In this document: one piece after another, positions 36,170 through 48,860 of the stretch
Numbering within the stretch: position 1 is the stretch's first letter
How the letters are laid out: each line of letters begins with the position of its first letter
Assembly (NCBI RefSeq): GCF_964355755.1
Contig: NC_092676.1
Coordinates: 29,654,871-29,718,870 of the forward strand
Source: Antedon mediterranea
Lineage: Eukaryota; Animalia; Echinodermata
Direction of reading: 5' to 3'
Length of the DNA: 64,000 bases
Made by a program: the position numbers and the translations under genes
The notes under the pieces: generated by a model
Databases searched by the model: none
The model's input: only the letters and a program-made list of their open reading frames with translations
Told to the model about the DNA's origin: nothing

Positions 36170-36425
36170 GGATCAGAGTCTCTTCTTCCCCATTTATTTC
36201 ATCCTTCCACCAAGTTTTATGGAAATTGTTCTTTGCATCATCTCTTTGGAATGCGTTGCCATTGACATCCGTCAGGCAACTTCCACCAGTGTGTCTTCAA
36301 ATTTCTTCTCAAAACCCACCGTTTGATTTTTTAATTTTCTAAATTTGTCTGTCAATGTAAAGCGCATTGAGTCTTTCAGCATAATGCACTATATCAAGTA
36401 CCAGTTAATATTATTATTAATATTA
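36170..36425 (+). mobile_element. L2-like LINE 3' fragment
   Basis: ctctttggaatgcgttgcc..ttcaaa..ctcaaaacccac (LWNxLP..FK..LKTH-like), tgtaaagcgcattgag, (att)n tail. Confidence 0.55.
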
Positions 36426-36672
36426 AAGTTAATAAGATATACAGGCGGTAAAAATAGTTGAAACATAATCAGTGACAATTGGCCTACAGTAAAAAGAATT
36501 TTTAAATTCATTCGTCTCCGGGCTTTACGTGGACAAAAATATAGAGTATTCAAACGTATGAAAACATCCTTAAATGCTGTCAGATAAAATAATACGTAGT
36601 AGGCAGTGATTCAATGTAAATATAAAGTTGAAGAAGACTAGGCCTATATTTTCGAAAAAAAAACAGTGAACA

Positions 36673-37000
36673 AGACCGGCACCAGACCTCCTCTAGCAAC
36701 AATGATTCGCCAATACCGGCACCAAACCTCCTCTAACAATGATTCGCCAACACCGGCACCAGACCTCCCCCACAATGATTCGCCAACACCGGCACCAGAC
36801 CTCCCCCACAATGATTCGCCAACATTGGCACCAGACCTCCCCCACAATGATTCGCCAACACCGGCACCAGACCTCCTCCACAATGATTCGCCAACACCGG
36901 CATCAGACCTCCCCCACAATGATTTGCCAACACCGGCACCAGATCTCCTCTAGCAATGATTCGCCAACACCGGCACCAGACCTCCTCTAACAATGATTCC
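36673..37000. repeat. 36-bp GC-rich minisatellite, ~9 copies
   Basis: acaatgattcgccaacaccggcaccagacctccccc at 36736, 36772, 36808. Confidence 0.92.
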
Positions 37001-40000
37001 AATGACATCCTATCTTTGTTAATTATCAACAGCTGCACTGTTGATTAACTAAGCAATTATGCTTTTGTTTATCTTTCTAATATGCTCAATAATTAGATGG
37101 CCTAAAGTGGTCCCTTGCGTCCACTTCGATTCCATCAATATTCCCCGATAAACTGTTACAAAAATGATATCTTCATCCAACATAATGTTCCCGGTAGAGA
37201 TTTCAAACGATTGTCATTAAAAGGATTCGTTACAGTATGCGTTACAATTGCTGCTACAGTACATGTGAATATTGCTGGTAATTATCTCAAATACTGCACT
37301 ACTTTGCACATTTTAACATGTTTTATTCGCAAACAGATTTCATAGAAATCCATTATTATGTAATTAGCGCTAGTAAATTATGGATAAACCAGCTCATAAT
37401 CATCCACGCATGTGTAAACGAAACGACATTGAGTAATGTAATTTTAATTCTTGTATTTTAGTTCATAAATCATACAAAACATAGATAATATAAGAGAGGC
37501 TTGGATAGAGTTTTTTTTAACGACAATTGGTAGTTTGGAGTACATTACATTGTATTTGTTTACATTATTTTTCTATTATTATTATTGACATTCATATGTA
37601 ACATAAACAAGAATAACAAAAACAAAACAAAAACAGAAAACAAAACAGGCAATTATGGGAGAGGTTGGTGAATGTACACCGCTAAAACAGCCTCTCAACA
37701 ATACACAATTTAAATAAATTGTTTATAATGCTATTCATAATTTTACAACAAAAAGGTTTCTCATAATCTATATCTGGTACACGAAAGCCATGTGCGAACA
37801 ATATGCCCACAATAACACAGATAGTTTGTATATTGTGCTTTATTTTGAATTACAATTTATAATTTGTAATATACTGAATAATGTTTACATCATATCAGCC
37901 TAATATTATATTAAGTAAACCATCAATTAACAGTCTGATTTGGCATGGAAACTGTTAGACGCGCTTCTCCATGGGTCACATGAGAAATGTAAACTGCCAA
38001 CCAATCATAGGCCTGCATTTCAAAATCCAATATTCCCAATAGTGATAGCACAAGTTTGAGCCAATATTACATTTCTCGTTTGTCAGACACTTTGACTATA
38101 AAGAGTAAAATTAAATTCGGTCATTGGATTAATTTGAATCTCGAAAAGCGTCGATTGTATTTGTTTAACTCTTTTCTATTTACGGTGTAAATAAAGTTCG
38201 CGGGTTGGTTTGATTTTCTTTCCACTAAATAAAAGAGCTACTACATTTAGCATACCGAGAGTGAATAAGAATTGAATACATGGGGTGGGGGAGGGGGGGG
38301 GGGGGGTGGCGTATGGGGTCTGTGGACTCTGTTTGCAATTAACAATGCTGGTTAGATAACTGTATCTGCTGTACTGACAGTGGAGAGTGGAAGGGGAGAG
38401 AGACGGGGAAGAAATTCTTTTTCAGTGATACATAATTTGACGCGCGCGTACAAAAGTCGTGTTATCAACACGCACGCGTCTGTGATGATGTCATTGACGC
38501 GTTGTGGCGGCGAGTTATAATAGCATGGAAACAAAATGACATATGAGCGATACAATTGCATCCAAATGGAACGGCTTAGGCACTGGACTAACATATTACG
38601 TCAAATGAAAGGAGGCCTAGACACGTGTACCGGCTGATTTGTGCGGTTAAACAGACTGATATTGATATTAAACATGTTATGTTGTTTCAGCTTATTTACG
38701 ATAGCCTTGGACATAAAGTGTCCTAAATATTTTATTCCATACACTTCCAGAAAAAAAAACATCCTTTGCTGTTTTAGTAATAAATCGGTCTACTTCAACT
38801 TCTGTTTCTACTGAACCATGTACCAAGACCATCGCAATTTGCAATGGAATATGATGTAATACGCATGTTCTTTATTAAGTTAATTTGCATATTCACCTGT
38901 AATATGTTATTTAAACTGCATCTGTTTTATTCACACACGTGTAATAATGTTATCCAGTACGACTTCAGGTATCTTTTGCATGTCACTAACATCACATTGC
39001 TTGCATTGCAATCAAAGCATGTCAAGCTGAATAATGTGAAAGTACTAGTTACAGGTAATGTTTCTATGGTAACTCTAAACCGCTCAAATTATGCGCGCTA
39101 ACGAATCACGCGATCAACCAGATCCGACATTGTACGTAAATGCTATTAGAGTTAGTTATCAAAAAAGGAGAGACGTTTTGATTGACTTTGACACTTTGAT
39201 GGTTACCGGGAGGACATTATTTAGTGCTGTGACACCACCTAATCAAATAGATTATGCCAATTTTGATAGGCTTAACCGTTTTTGATAGAACTATGTTAGC
39301 GAATAATGTTAATTAATGATATAGTTCAGATATCAAACGGGAATCTTTCTGATGATGTTTAAAGTTTGCTGTTGCATCTGACATATAGACCTACTTCTTA
39401 ATAACATTCATGTCTTCTAATGTTGAAAGTTCATCATAATTAATAATCATGTCTTCATGATAAACTTTCAAATGTTTAGAATGTTTGAAAAATGTAAATG
39501 TCATCGTTATAGGTTTATATAATTAGTATTGTACGAAAATGTTAAATTCAACAAAATGTTTCAAACTTTCCATATTATATTTTTTTAATTTTCAAGACCA
39601 CTCTTAGTGGATCTTGTTAGTATAATTCTCCTACTACTATAATAATACCACAGGTTTGTAGTAAAAACGGTTTTTATTTCACGTAAATCATTTCAGGTCT
39701 CAATCTTTACAAAGTCGATAATCGATATGCTCAGCAGATAAAATGTTAGATTCGCAGAAGTTTTTTTTTTACTTATAGCGAGTCGATGTGAATGGTTAAG
39801 TGCGTTGGCGTAATTTTTTTTTTGAAAATTGATTTTTTGGTTTAAAATATAATTTAATTTAAATTATCCGGGCAGCAAATAATCATTGCCGTAAGCTTTA
39901 ACTCTACATTTAGCCTAATTGATATAATATTTATCGACGTATTTTTGTCCTGGAAATGTCTAATAATTATCCCAGTATCTTGCCGAAATTGCAAAACATA

Positions 40001-41156
40001 ACAAATATATGCCGACACAACCGACATTGTCTTGTTCATCAAATCGTTGATTTAAAAGAAAATATAATTGACAGAAAAACTAACCAGCGCTGACCGTACT
40101 AAGTGAGTAACCTAATTATGAATTAGGAAATCTGTAATCATAATGCAATCTTTCCATATTATTTTTCTTTTATTGTACTGTACAAAAACCTGTAATGATT
40201 TATTATTATGGTGATTTTTAATTTGTAATTTCATTTTGAATATTTCAAACGAGATCAGTTTAAGAAGTTCACGTTTTTACTGTCAGCTTAGGTGCCACAC
40301 AAATTACCATCCAAAGAGCATTGGGTATAGATTCGTTAACTGCGCATGCGTAATCTATTTTAAATACGAAATGCTCATTTGGCTGTTATATGTGTTAGAA
40401 TGGAAAATATATAATTACGGCGGGAACGGAAGGGCAACTTGTCTGACCATAATGTCAATTTATATTACATTCTTTAATTGTGTTCAATTTAAATTCATAG
40501 CCGTTTCCTAAGCACAAACATTTCGGGTGTGTTTTGTGGGAGACTTATTATCACCTTCATATTTTGCACTTGGGTCACAACAAACCAGGATTATAAAGAG
40601 TCCTAAAAAAGACGGGTGATGGGTTCACGGTAACTGCCTCTTCCTACCAAACTACATTCGACCTAAGACCAAGTCACATCATTGTAACACAGAAAATGCA
40701 TTATCACAATTTGTACGCGCAATGCACACTCACATTAACCATCAATTTGTACGCGCAACGCACACTCACGTTGATCATCAGTCATAGATATAACCACTCA
40801 ATCAACATCTTTTGATCTCCTTCAAATGCAAAAATCCTTAAATAATCTTTTAATAGATTTACTTGCTCTGAAAGACACATTTTTTTTTCAATTTTAAAGT
40901 AAAATGCCTTTCGCAGTATTGGTAAATGTTTCAAAGTATAATAAATCATGAGGAGGCGATTATACATCTTGCCAATAATTAACTATCTTAAGTCAATTCT
41001 TATTTTACATATCACATTTCTTCAACGCCTGATTATTCTAGAATATGTAGGCCTGTCTCTATATAATCAATACATATATTGGAAACATTTTTCTTCAAAT
41101 TCGATTGAACCCATGCCAATAACATCTTGTTGACACACATTTGCCCTACTATATAA

Positions 41157-41312
41157 AGCTCTGTCTACACTATCAAACTAGTTTGACAAAAAAGTGTGAA
41201 ATGCCCAAATATGGTAGTGATATTCTTCAATATGGTGATATGACATCATTATGTCCATATATGGGCATATCACATTTTTGGTCACATACAATTTGATAGT
41301 GTAGACAGAGCG
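41157..41312. mobile_element. MITE family A
   Basis: TIRs; TAA duplication on both sides. Confidence 0.9.
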
Positions 41313-42337
41313 TAAGAGAAAAAAACATGAATAGAAGTAATTATATGTGTATGTATATTGTTTTTAGGAATCTCCTCAAGAAGGATCCATTTTTAAATGA
41401 CATGTTTACAGCCGAAAATGTGATCTAGAAATGCAGATTTTTACATCGGTACAGTTTTAAAAAAGAGATAATATAAACAAAAGTTGATGAGAAAATGAAT
41501 AAGAAAGCCAATATTATATGTAAGCATAATGTATAAACATCCATCATTTTTAAATCAAACAGCAGATAAGTTAAAAATGGTTAAACGGACGGGCTGATAG
41601 ATTCTGTCTATATGACGTAGTCTGTGTGTACTTTCTTTGGCACTCGTCACGTTTTGACGGATGGTTTATTTAGTTCCGTCAAATAACTTTAGTTAAAATG
41701 TTTCTGTACTGCTTTCCGGCGGCGTTATGATTTACGGTATATACTATACTTGATCGTCACTCAGTCATTTTATTATTTCGCCTGTTCCATTCTCCAGCTT
41801 CCTAATGTGAGATCCATTACATTCCGGTAGTACTAGTGCTTGACGTTGTGTAACGCTACTATTCCATTTACTACAGTATCATGCATTGTTTGTTCGTCCT
41901 CCTCCCCTATCCCTTTATTCATTTCTTCTCTATATTAATGATAATCATAAGCCCATAGAATTAATTTTATCAGCCTCTTTCATCCTTGTATTTTGTTTCT
42001 CGCTTCGTTCTCCTCTCATCATCCTCAAGCCTGTTATATCAAGTAACGTCTTAAAATGTTACACTTATCTATTTTCAATTTTGTCAAACAAGCTATCCAG
42101 GAGTTTATTCTTCAAAGTGTGATATTTCGATGTACAAATTCCTCCGTCCACATGAGTCGACGTCGGAAGATATTCAAAGAAAGAACAGTTGCATTTTGTT
42201 ATCAGTGTGAATACACTGTGTACTAAATATTTCTGTCGAAAATGTCAGTAGGAAGACAAGCGTGTGATTAAATTGCTCACAGTTGTATATTTGGTGTGTT
42301 TGTTGTGATTCCTCTTCAGAGATATTATTCGATCTCG

Positions 42338-42525
42338 CACCTACTGTGCGACACCATGAGCAACGCACGCGACACCATGGGCAACGCATACGCGCCTACT
42401 GCGCGACACAATTAGCAACGCATACGAGCCTACTGTGAAGACGTGCGCGCATGGTAAACACATACGCGCCTACTGGGCGACACAATGAGCAACGCATACG
42501 CGCCTACTATGACGACGTGCGCATG
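42338..42525. repeat. Degenerate CpG-rich tandem repeat
   Basis: gcaacgcatacgcgcctactg and gcgacac units repeated. Confidence 0.65.
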
Positions 42526-43554
42526 TGCAGTTTAAACGCTTATTTTAAGTACACGCGTCTCTATTTATTGTGTAATTACTATTTTGTTGGAATAGTTTTC
42601 ATATCAAAATTATCATCAAGGTTATACAATCACTTTCATTTCCCTTGCGGTAAAATGAATGAATGTTTTGTAAACCAGTCTGTTGATTCAGCAAATAATC
42701 TCAGCTAGTAACGTTTTTCGAAATCAGTTTTGAAAGTAGAATTAAGTTAAGAAATGTATTAGATTTAATTCTTCAAGATAACAAATTGAATTCTGAATAT
42801 TATTTTAGACACTCAAGTTCGGTTAACTAGCTCGGTATCTAGTCATCATAACACATAAATCTAATACAGATAAACATTAGCCTAAATTTCATACATTATT
42901 TTGTTAAATCATAACAAAATTATTTCACAAAATACCATTTTTATCTTTAACATTTAGAACTCCAAGAATATTTGACCAACATAATAAATAAATTTACGAG
43001 ATATACCTGATTTGAGCCGATGAAAACAGCCTAGTGGTGAATCAACGGCATTCAACGTGCCTCCTTCACTAGATAATTTCATATTATGAATAATGCATGC
43101 TTACTGCCTGTAAGTCAGCTACAATTTCCAAACACTGACCATATCTCCATAATTTCTCATAAATTTGTAGTAATCGTATCTTCTCTATCAATTTTGATAT
43201 TGAATTGTTACCTGATAACGTAGACATTTTTTGATGCATATACAAGGAATTATTTTAATACTTTCGTTATATTGCTGTAACACAATGATGAATATCAGCC
43301 TGGCTTTCTCGCCAAAGCATGTGGGTAAGTCATATTATAATCTGCTATGTTCATTGGTTTTTTTTAATGTGAAGGGCTGCGACACATGAAACATGTATCG
43401 TCAATGGGTGATTCTTGTAATGAAGTTAGGCCTATAAAACACTGACACTGTATTACGGAATCTGCCTGATACTACTGGATGTATAATGCCATATGTGAAG
43501 ATACAGTACAAATACAGAGAATCGTATGGATAAAACATGGTTATTTCAACTTAA

Positions 43555-43690
43555 TTTCCGTAAAGACATAAGCGCAACGCAAGTAATTCGATCAATCACA
43601 AACGATGGATTACTAAAACTTGTCGCGTCGTTGGTCAACACGCTTGAGTTACGCATACGTCCTTACATTGTGTCATCAGGAGCCAAGCTT
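43555..43690. mobile_element. MITE family B, diverged copy
   Basis: gcgcaacgcaag..caatcaca..ttggtcaa..ccaagctttaa. Confidence 0.55.
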
Positions 43691-45186
43691 TAATAGTGCT
43701 CAAAACAAATGCGTTTAATTTGCTCATTTTGTAACAAGGTACATAATTAATATTATTGGTTTATGATTACTGTGTAAGTACGCCTGCTGTGGTGTGCGTA
43801 TAATGACCATATTTGGAAGTATACAATAATCGGCAAAATAACTTAATAAATAGAATTCAAAAACACTAATGTATAATTATATTGTATTGTAATTTTCTAT
43901 AGACACTAATTATTCGACCTTTAATGTAAATTAATTTCCACAATTGTTATGTAATTACGGTCTAATAATTGTGAATAAGCCCGCAATAGTTTAATGAATC
44001 ACAATGAACTGAATAGATACGATGTGTATATTGTATATATAATTACTGTTGTGAATAACAATAATTGTCAATTGCTAATAGTTATTATTTAATTCATTAA
44101 ACATTTTACTAAAGAGAGATTTCCAGAGGCACACCGCAGATGGTAGAAAAAGAAAGGATAATTAACAAAAAAAAACCACAGAATACATTAAACAATCAAG
44201 CTAATGAACATACATACACTTTACGCGCGCCGTGGTATTGTGTATTATATATATATAAAGCGCATCAAGTGCAGTTTCCCTTAGTGACGTCACTTGAAAT
44301 CTATGCCATTTTAAGCCATATCACCAGATCTATAATTGTCGGCAATGTTACAAAGGTTGAACATTTCAACACTTGTAACACATGTATGTCATGGTGTTAT
44401 AATAACATTAATGGCGTACTATGTATGTTATGTTAATACCTATGTTACTACCTATACCAATAGTAGCACCATTTTAGATTTATCGCAATGGCGGGTGCAA
44501 AGAAAACATAAAAAAAAAAATATATTATTTATTCACTCAGTAAATGTATATATGTTTTTATGTTTTATAATAATGTACCACTAAACACAGTAAAACATTT
44601 AATACTTTGTCTGAACTGTCACAGTCGACGTTAGAAATAATACATTAGCACGTGGCATTACAAAGACGACTTTTTTATTTTTTGTAATCATTAACACAAA
44701 CCGTTGTATATATAAATGACTTTTATTTTTATATCACAATGAATCAAAATAAAATGAGTTCTAAGACATTAAGAACACAATAAGAATCGATTAAAACAGT
44801 TCGACAAAAGCAATGTCAACATTTAACATCTATTTTCAGCAAACTTTTTCAACGATTCTAAATAAGGAGATTTTTCAAATATAAGTATGTTTATTTGTAC
44901 AGTATTATTGGCGTATAACTATACATTATCAGTTTTTAGAAATCAAATTAACATATACAGTAAGTGGCACTAAGAAAAAAAACAACAAAGAATAGATAAA
45001 TTAATACATTATTGGACAGAGATAAGCCAGAATCTAATAATACAATGACAAGAGCTCTATTTGTGTACAGGTGTTATTGAGAACGTAAATTAAAGTGATT
45101 CATTTATAGACCGACATAAAAGAAGAAGAAGTTTTCTGTTACGTCATTCATCGGCCGTATTTTGAAAAAGGTTTAAATACTGTTTA

Positions 45187-45291
45187 ATCTCTGTCTACAC
45201 TATCAAACTTTATGTGACAAAAAATGTGATGTGCCCATATATGGACATGATGTGTCATATCACTATCATATTTTGTCAGACAGACAGAGAT
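45187..45291. mobile_element. MITE family A, internally deleted copy
   Basis: ctctgtctacactatcaaactttatgtgacaaaaaatgtgatgtgcccatatatggacatg. Confidence 0.8.
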
Positions 45292-46387
45292 TTATTCCTC
45301 CTGATGACATAATAAATGTCGAGATATTTTATCCTGACATGATGACGTCATAAGATTGGACCATAGAGGTTTAACATTTGATACCTCTTATGCACATTCG
45401 TTGATGATTGAAAGGCGCACCATACCCGTACAGTGTCCTCTGATAGACTATTACCTTTTGCAATAGGATAGAAAATTGAAGACGAATTTTTTAAGCAAAT
45501 CTCATTTAATTCAAGTTTACGTTATGATTTAGAGAGGGAGCTAATATAATCATTTGGATTATTTGACAAATTCAGTTTTCTTATGCATGATTTTTATTTT
45601 GCCTGTTATCAATTATGTTAACTCCGCCTTTTTTAGGAGACATAATTAATTGTTTTTTAAAGTTCTGATGTTGTTTTTTTTCTATTTTGTGGCGTTACCC
45701 ACTATTTCATTCTCAAATGATCAATCCAATGATTTTACACTTTATCCAAATATTCTCTTGTTATTCTGATTTTTTTCCCAGTCATTTTCTGATGTTGTTT
45801 ATTTGTTTCTTTTGTTGCTTACCTTCTTGATGTTAATGTTATCAAAGTTTATGTATTAATAAAGAATTGAATTGAATTAAATGGTTCCTGATTGCATGTT
45901 TAAATATCATTTAGGATAGCCTGGCCATTTAGATCGTGCTACAATATGATCCCTACATTTTCAATGTGAATAAAAAGCAATAATCACAACAGAAAATGTC
46001 TAGATTACATAGTAGTATGCAGATATTTTGGCTAACTTAACCACCTTAACAAGGTTGTGAAAGAATCGAGTATAAGTTGGTAAGAGTGCGAAGAAGTCAA
46101 ATTATCGATACATACAGATTCAACAGATCAATTAATCTTGATGAATCGGCGCCAAATGATTTATGCCGACCTTTTCAAATGATTTTAACATTTTGTTTTC
46201 ATACTATTATTGTTACTGTTTTATTGCGGGAACTATATATAATTTATAGCACCAACTTTTAATTGTTAATTTTGAATCTAGGCCATCTTATGTGTTAAAG
46301 TAGGTATACAAAGTAAAGGTAAAATGTGTAATATAAATACACAGTTCCATTACAAAAAATAATACTATTAATGTATGCCATTTTATC

Positions 46388-46546
46388 TTTGGTTTCCTCT
46401 AGGAGATGCGCAGCGTAAGGACTTGCGCGTATCGCAATTAATTTGACCAATCACAACGCGATTGAAAATCCGAAATGACGTTTGTGATTGGTCAAATCAC
46501 TTTACGTCATTGCATTGCGTCGAGTCCGTCCAAGTGTGACCAAGCT
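46388..46546. mobile_element. MITE family B, diverged copy
   Basis: ttggtttcctctag..ttgaccaatcacaa / ttgtgattggtcaa..ccaagct. Confidence 0.6.
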
Positions 46547-48639
46547 TTAGAGGATAACATGCATATATTTCCAACACCTTTCATTTCTCGGATACAAATA
46601 TTGTGGAAGAGTACGGTTAAATGACAAGACGATTTGTATTATGTATGATTTATTTTAAAGAGTTAAGTAGTCTATCATCATCGAATGTCCAGCGTGTAAC
46701 ATAAATGTTTGACATGGCTTTACACTAAACCTGCAGGTGCTCTGTAACTAGACCCCGTAACCTAATAACCATTCACATCTTTGGCATATTTTTCCCTTAA
46801 ATGAAATTGTATGTTCACCTTGCCATGTAGAAAAAAAGAAGTTCAAATTCGTTATTAAAATTACGCGTTAAAACTTAATTGACCAATCAAATACGATCAT
46901 TAATCCACAAGGGACGAGGATAGCAACTTAATTAACCAATCAAATACGCCGTTAAAAAAATAGCCCGCCATCTACTTCGCCACACGCAGTAAAAGTACGC
47001 AGAGTAAATTGTTCATCAACCAATCAGGCGCGTCGTTTAAAAAAAACCACGTGACTTACACATAAAACTACCATTAATCTACATTGCTCGCACCACACAG
47101 TTGGATATGAGTTAATATTTCAAATGTGATTATGTACTACCAGCCGATAGGTAAACTATAGCCATGAATGCGATGATCAATTTGTATCTCGATGACGGAT
47201 AATTCAAACGCGCGCGGCGTACTATGTCGCGTCAACTGAGCTAGCTACGCGTGAATTTAGGATAACTTTTCTAATTATAATTTCTATTATTGGATCATTT
47301 ATCTTATTAAAAAGGTATAGTTTAAAACTGAAAACACGGTAAGAATTTTAACCTAAGTTATAGTTTATAGTAAATCTCCATGTATTTTATAAGAAATAAT
47401 TTTATTTAAATTAGGTAGCAGATCAATTCCGTATTAGGGCCATACATGGTTTGTAAATGAGTAATTTATGTTCCATTTAATCAAGATAACTTTGTGTGCA
47501 ATAAGTAACGTTTTATGTCTAAGCTGCACCCAACACAAATTGGATACAATTTTCTAGTGAGAACCAGCACTTGGCACTGACAATGAACAACTCGTTAGAA
47601 ATATTAATACCGAAAACATTTTGTTGTATCAAGAAACAGTGAAATTAATGTCACTCTTCCCTGGTTGTATTAACTTATCATTTTTGTTATCGTGTCTACA
47701 GAACGCAATCCATCATAATTACCGTATTCTACCAGTAATGTGTATCTACGCATGCGCATTCTACTACTATTTGAAGTAATTATGCACTTATATTATTGGA
47801 AATTAATAACACTTTTTCTATATTAGCTTTATAATAATGCTGCATATACCTAATTACTTTGAATTTAGCATTTAAAAATACTAAAAGCTACATATTATTT
47901 CGATAAAGTTTCAACTTACGAAGTATATTGTGTAAAATACTTATATAACCTTATAATATCTATGCAATTTGTAATTACATTTTTTATTAGGTTTTGTACA
48001 GTACAGTATTTTTTATTATTTCTTTTTATGGACAAATATAGAACACCGGTAGCAGTAAATCATGTATTTCATATTTACAACATTTTTTTGTGTTCATAAT
48101 GACAAAGCTTTGTTTATAAACTGTTCTTGTTTATGATCATAATTGCAACGTTAATCTTTTAATTCTCAAATAATAATAGTTTTGTTTATAAAACTGTTTT
48201 CCTGATCATATCGGCATTTACCAGCAGCAGCAGGATAAAATGATATATAATATTTATATATTCAACAGCTGCATCGTGAATAATTCTGGATTGTTATGGA
48301 GGTTATTATTATTATTATTATTATGATTCTAGTGCGTACATTTCTCGTCGTCGTTTTCGAGGCAATTTTATATTTCGATGATATTTGCAAATCAAGCACC
48401 AAAAGTACTGTCATGCTGTTCTTGTTTGCCAAGGTTCGTTTCCAGGTCATAACCAAGGACAATTTTATCAAGACAGCTTTGTTGAAAGTTATTAGGAAAA
48501 TACGATTTCTAAAATTTAGTAAGTATTGCAGACCAGTATTAGGCCTACTGTAGTTGTATAACTAACTCAAAATAACCAAAAGGTGTAAACTTTTTTAATA
48601 CGATATGTGTCAAAATACTCGACAAGGATACATCAGCAT

Positions 48640-48860
48640 CTTGATGCGCTACGCGATACTATATCAATTTGACGCGCTACGCGATACTACATCATTTTGA
48701 CGCGCTACGCGATACTCTATCAATTTGACGCGCTACGCGATACTCTATCGATTTGACGTGATACTACATCATTTTGACGCGCTACGCGATACTCTATCAT
48801 TTTGACGCGATACTACATCATTTTGACGCGATACTATATCATTTTGACGCGGTACTATAT
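48640..48860. repeat. ~28-bp CpG-rich minisatellite
   Basis: tttgacgcgctacgcgatact(a/c)(t/c)atca repeated. Confidence 0.85.

Noticed and set aside
36644-37038. Overlapping repetitive ORFs on both strands (HNDSPTPAPDLP..)
   Set aside because: By-product of a 36-bp minisatellite; no splice context or unique coding flank seen
38281-38310. G-run with quadruplex potential
   Set aside because: Simple homopolymer tract with no functional context
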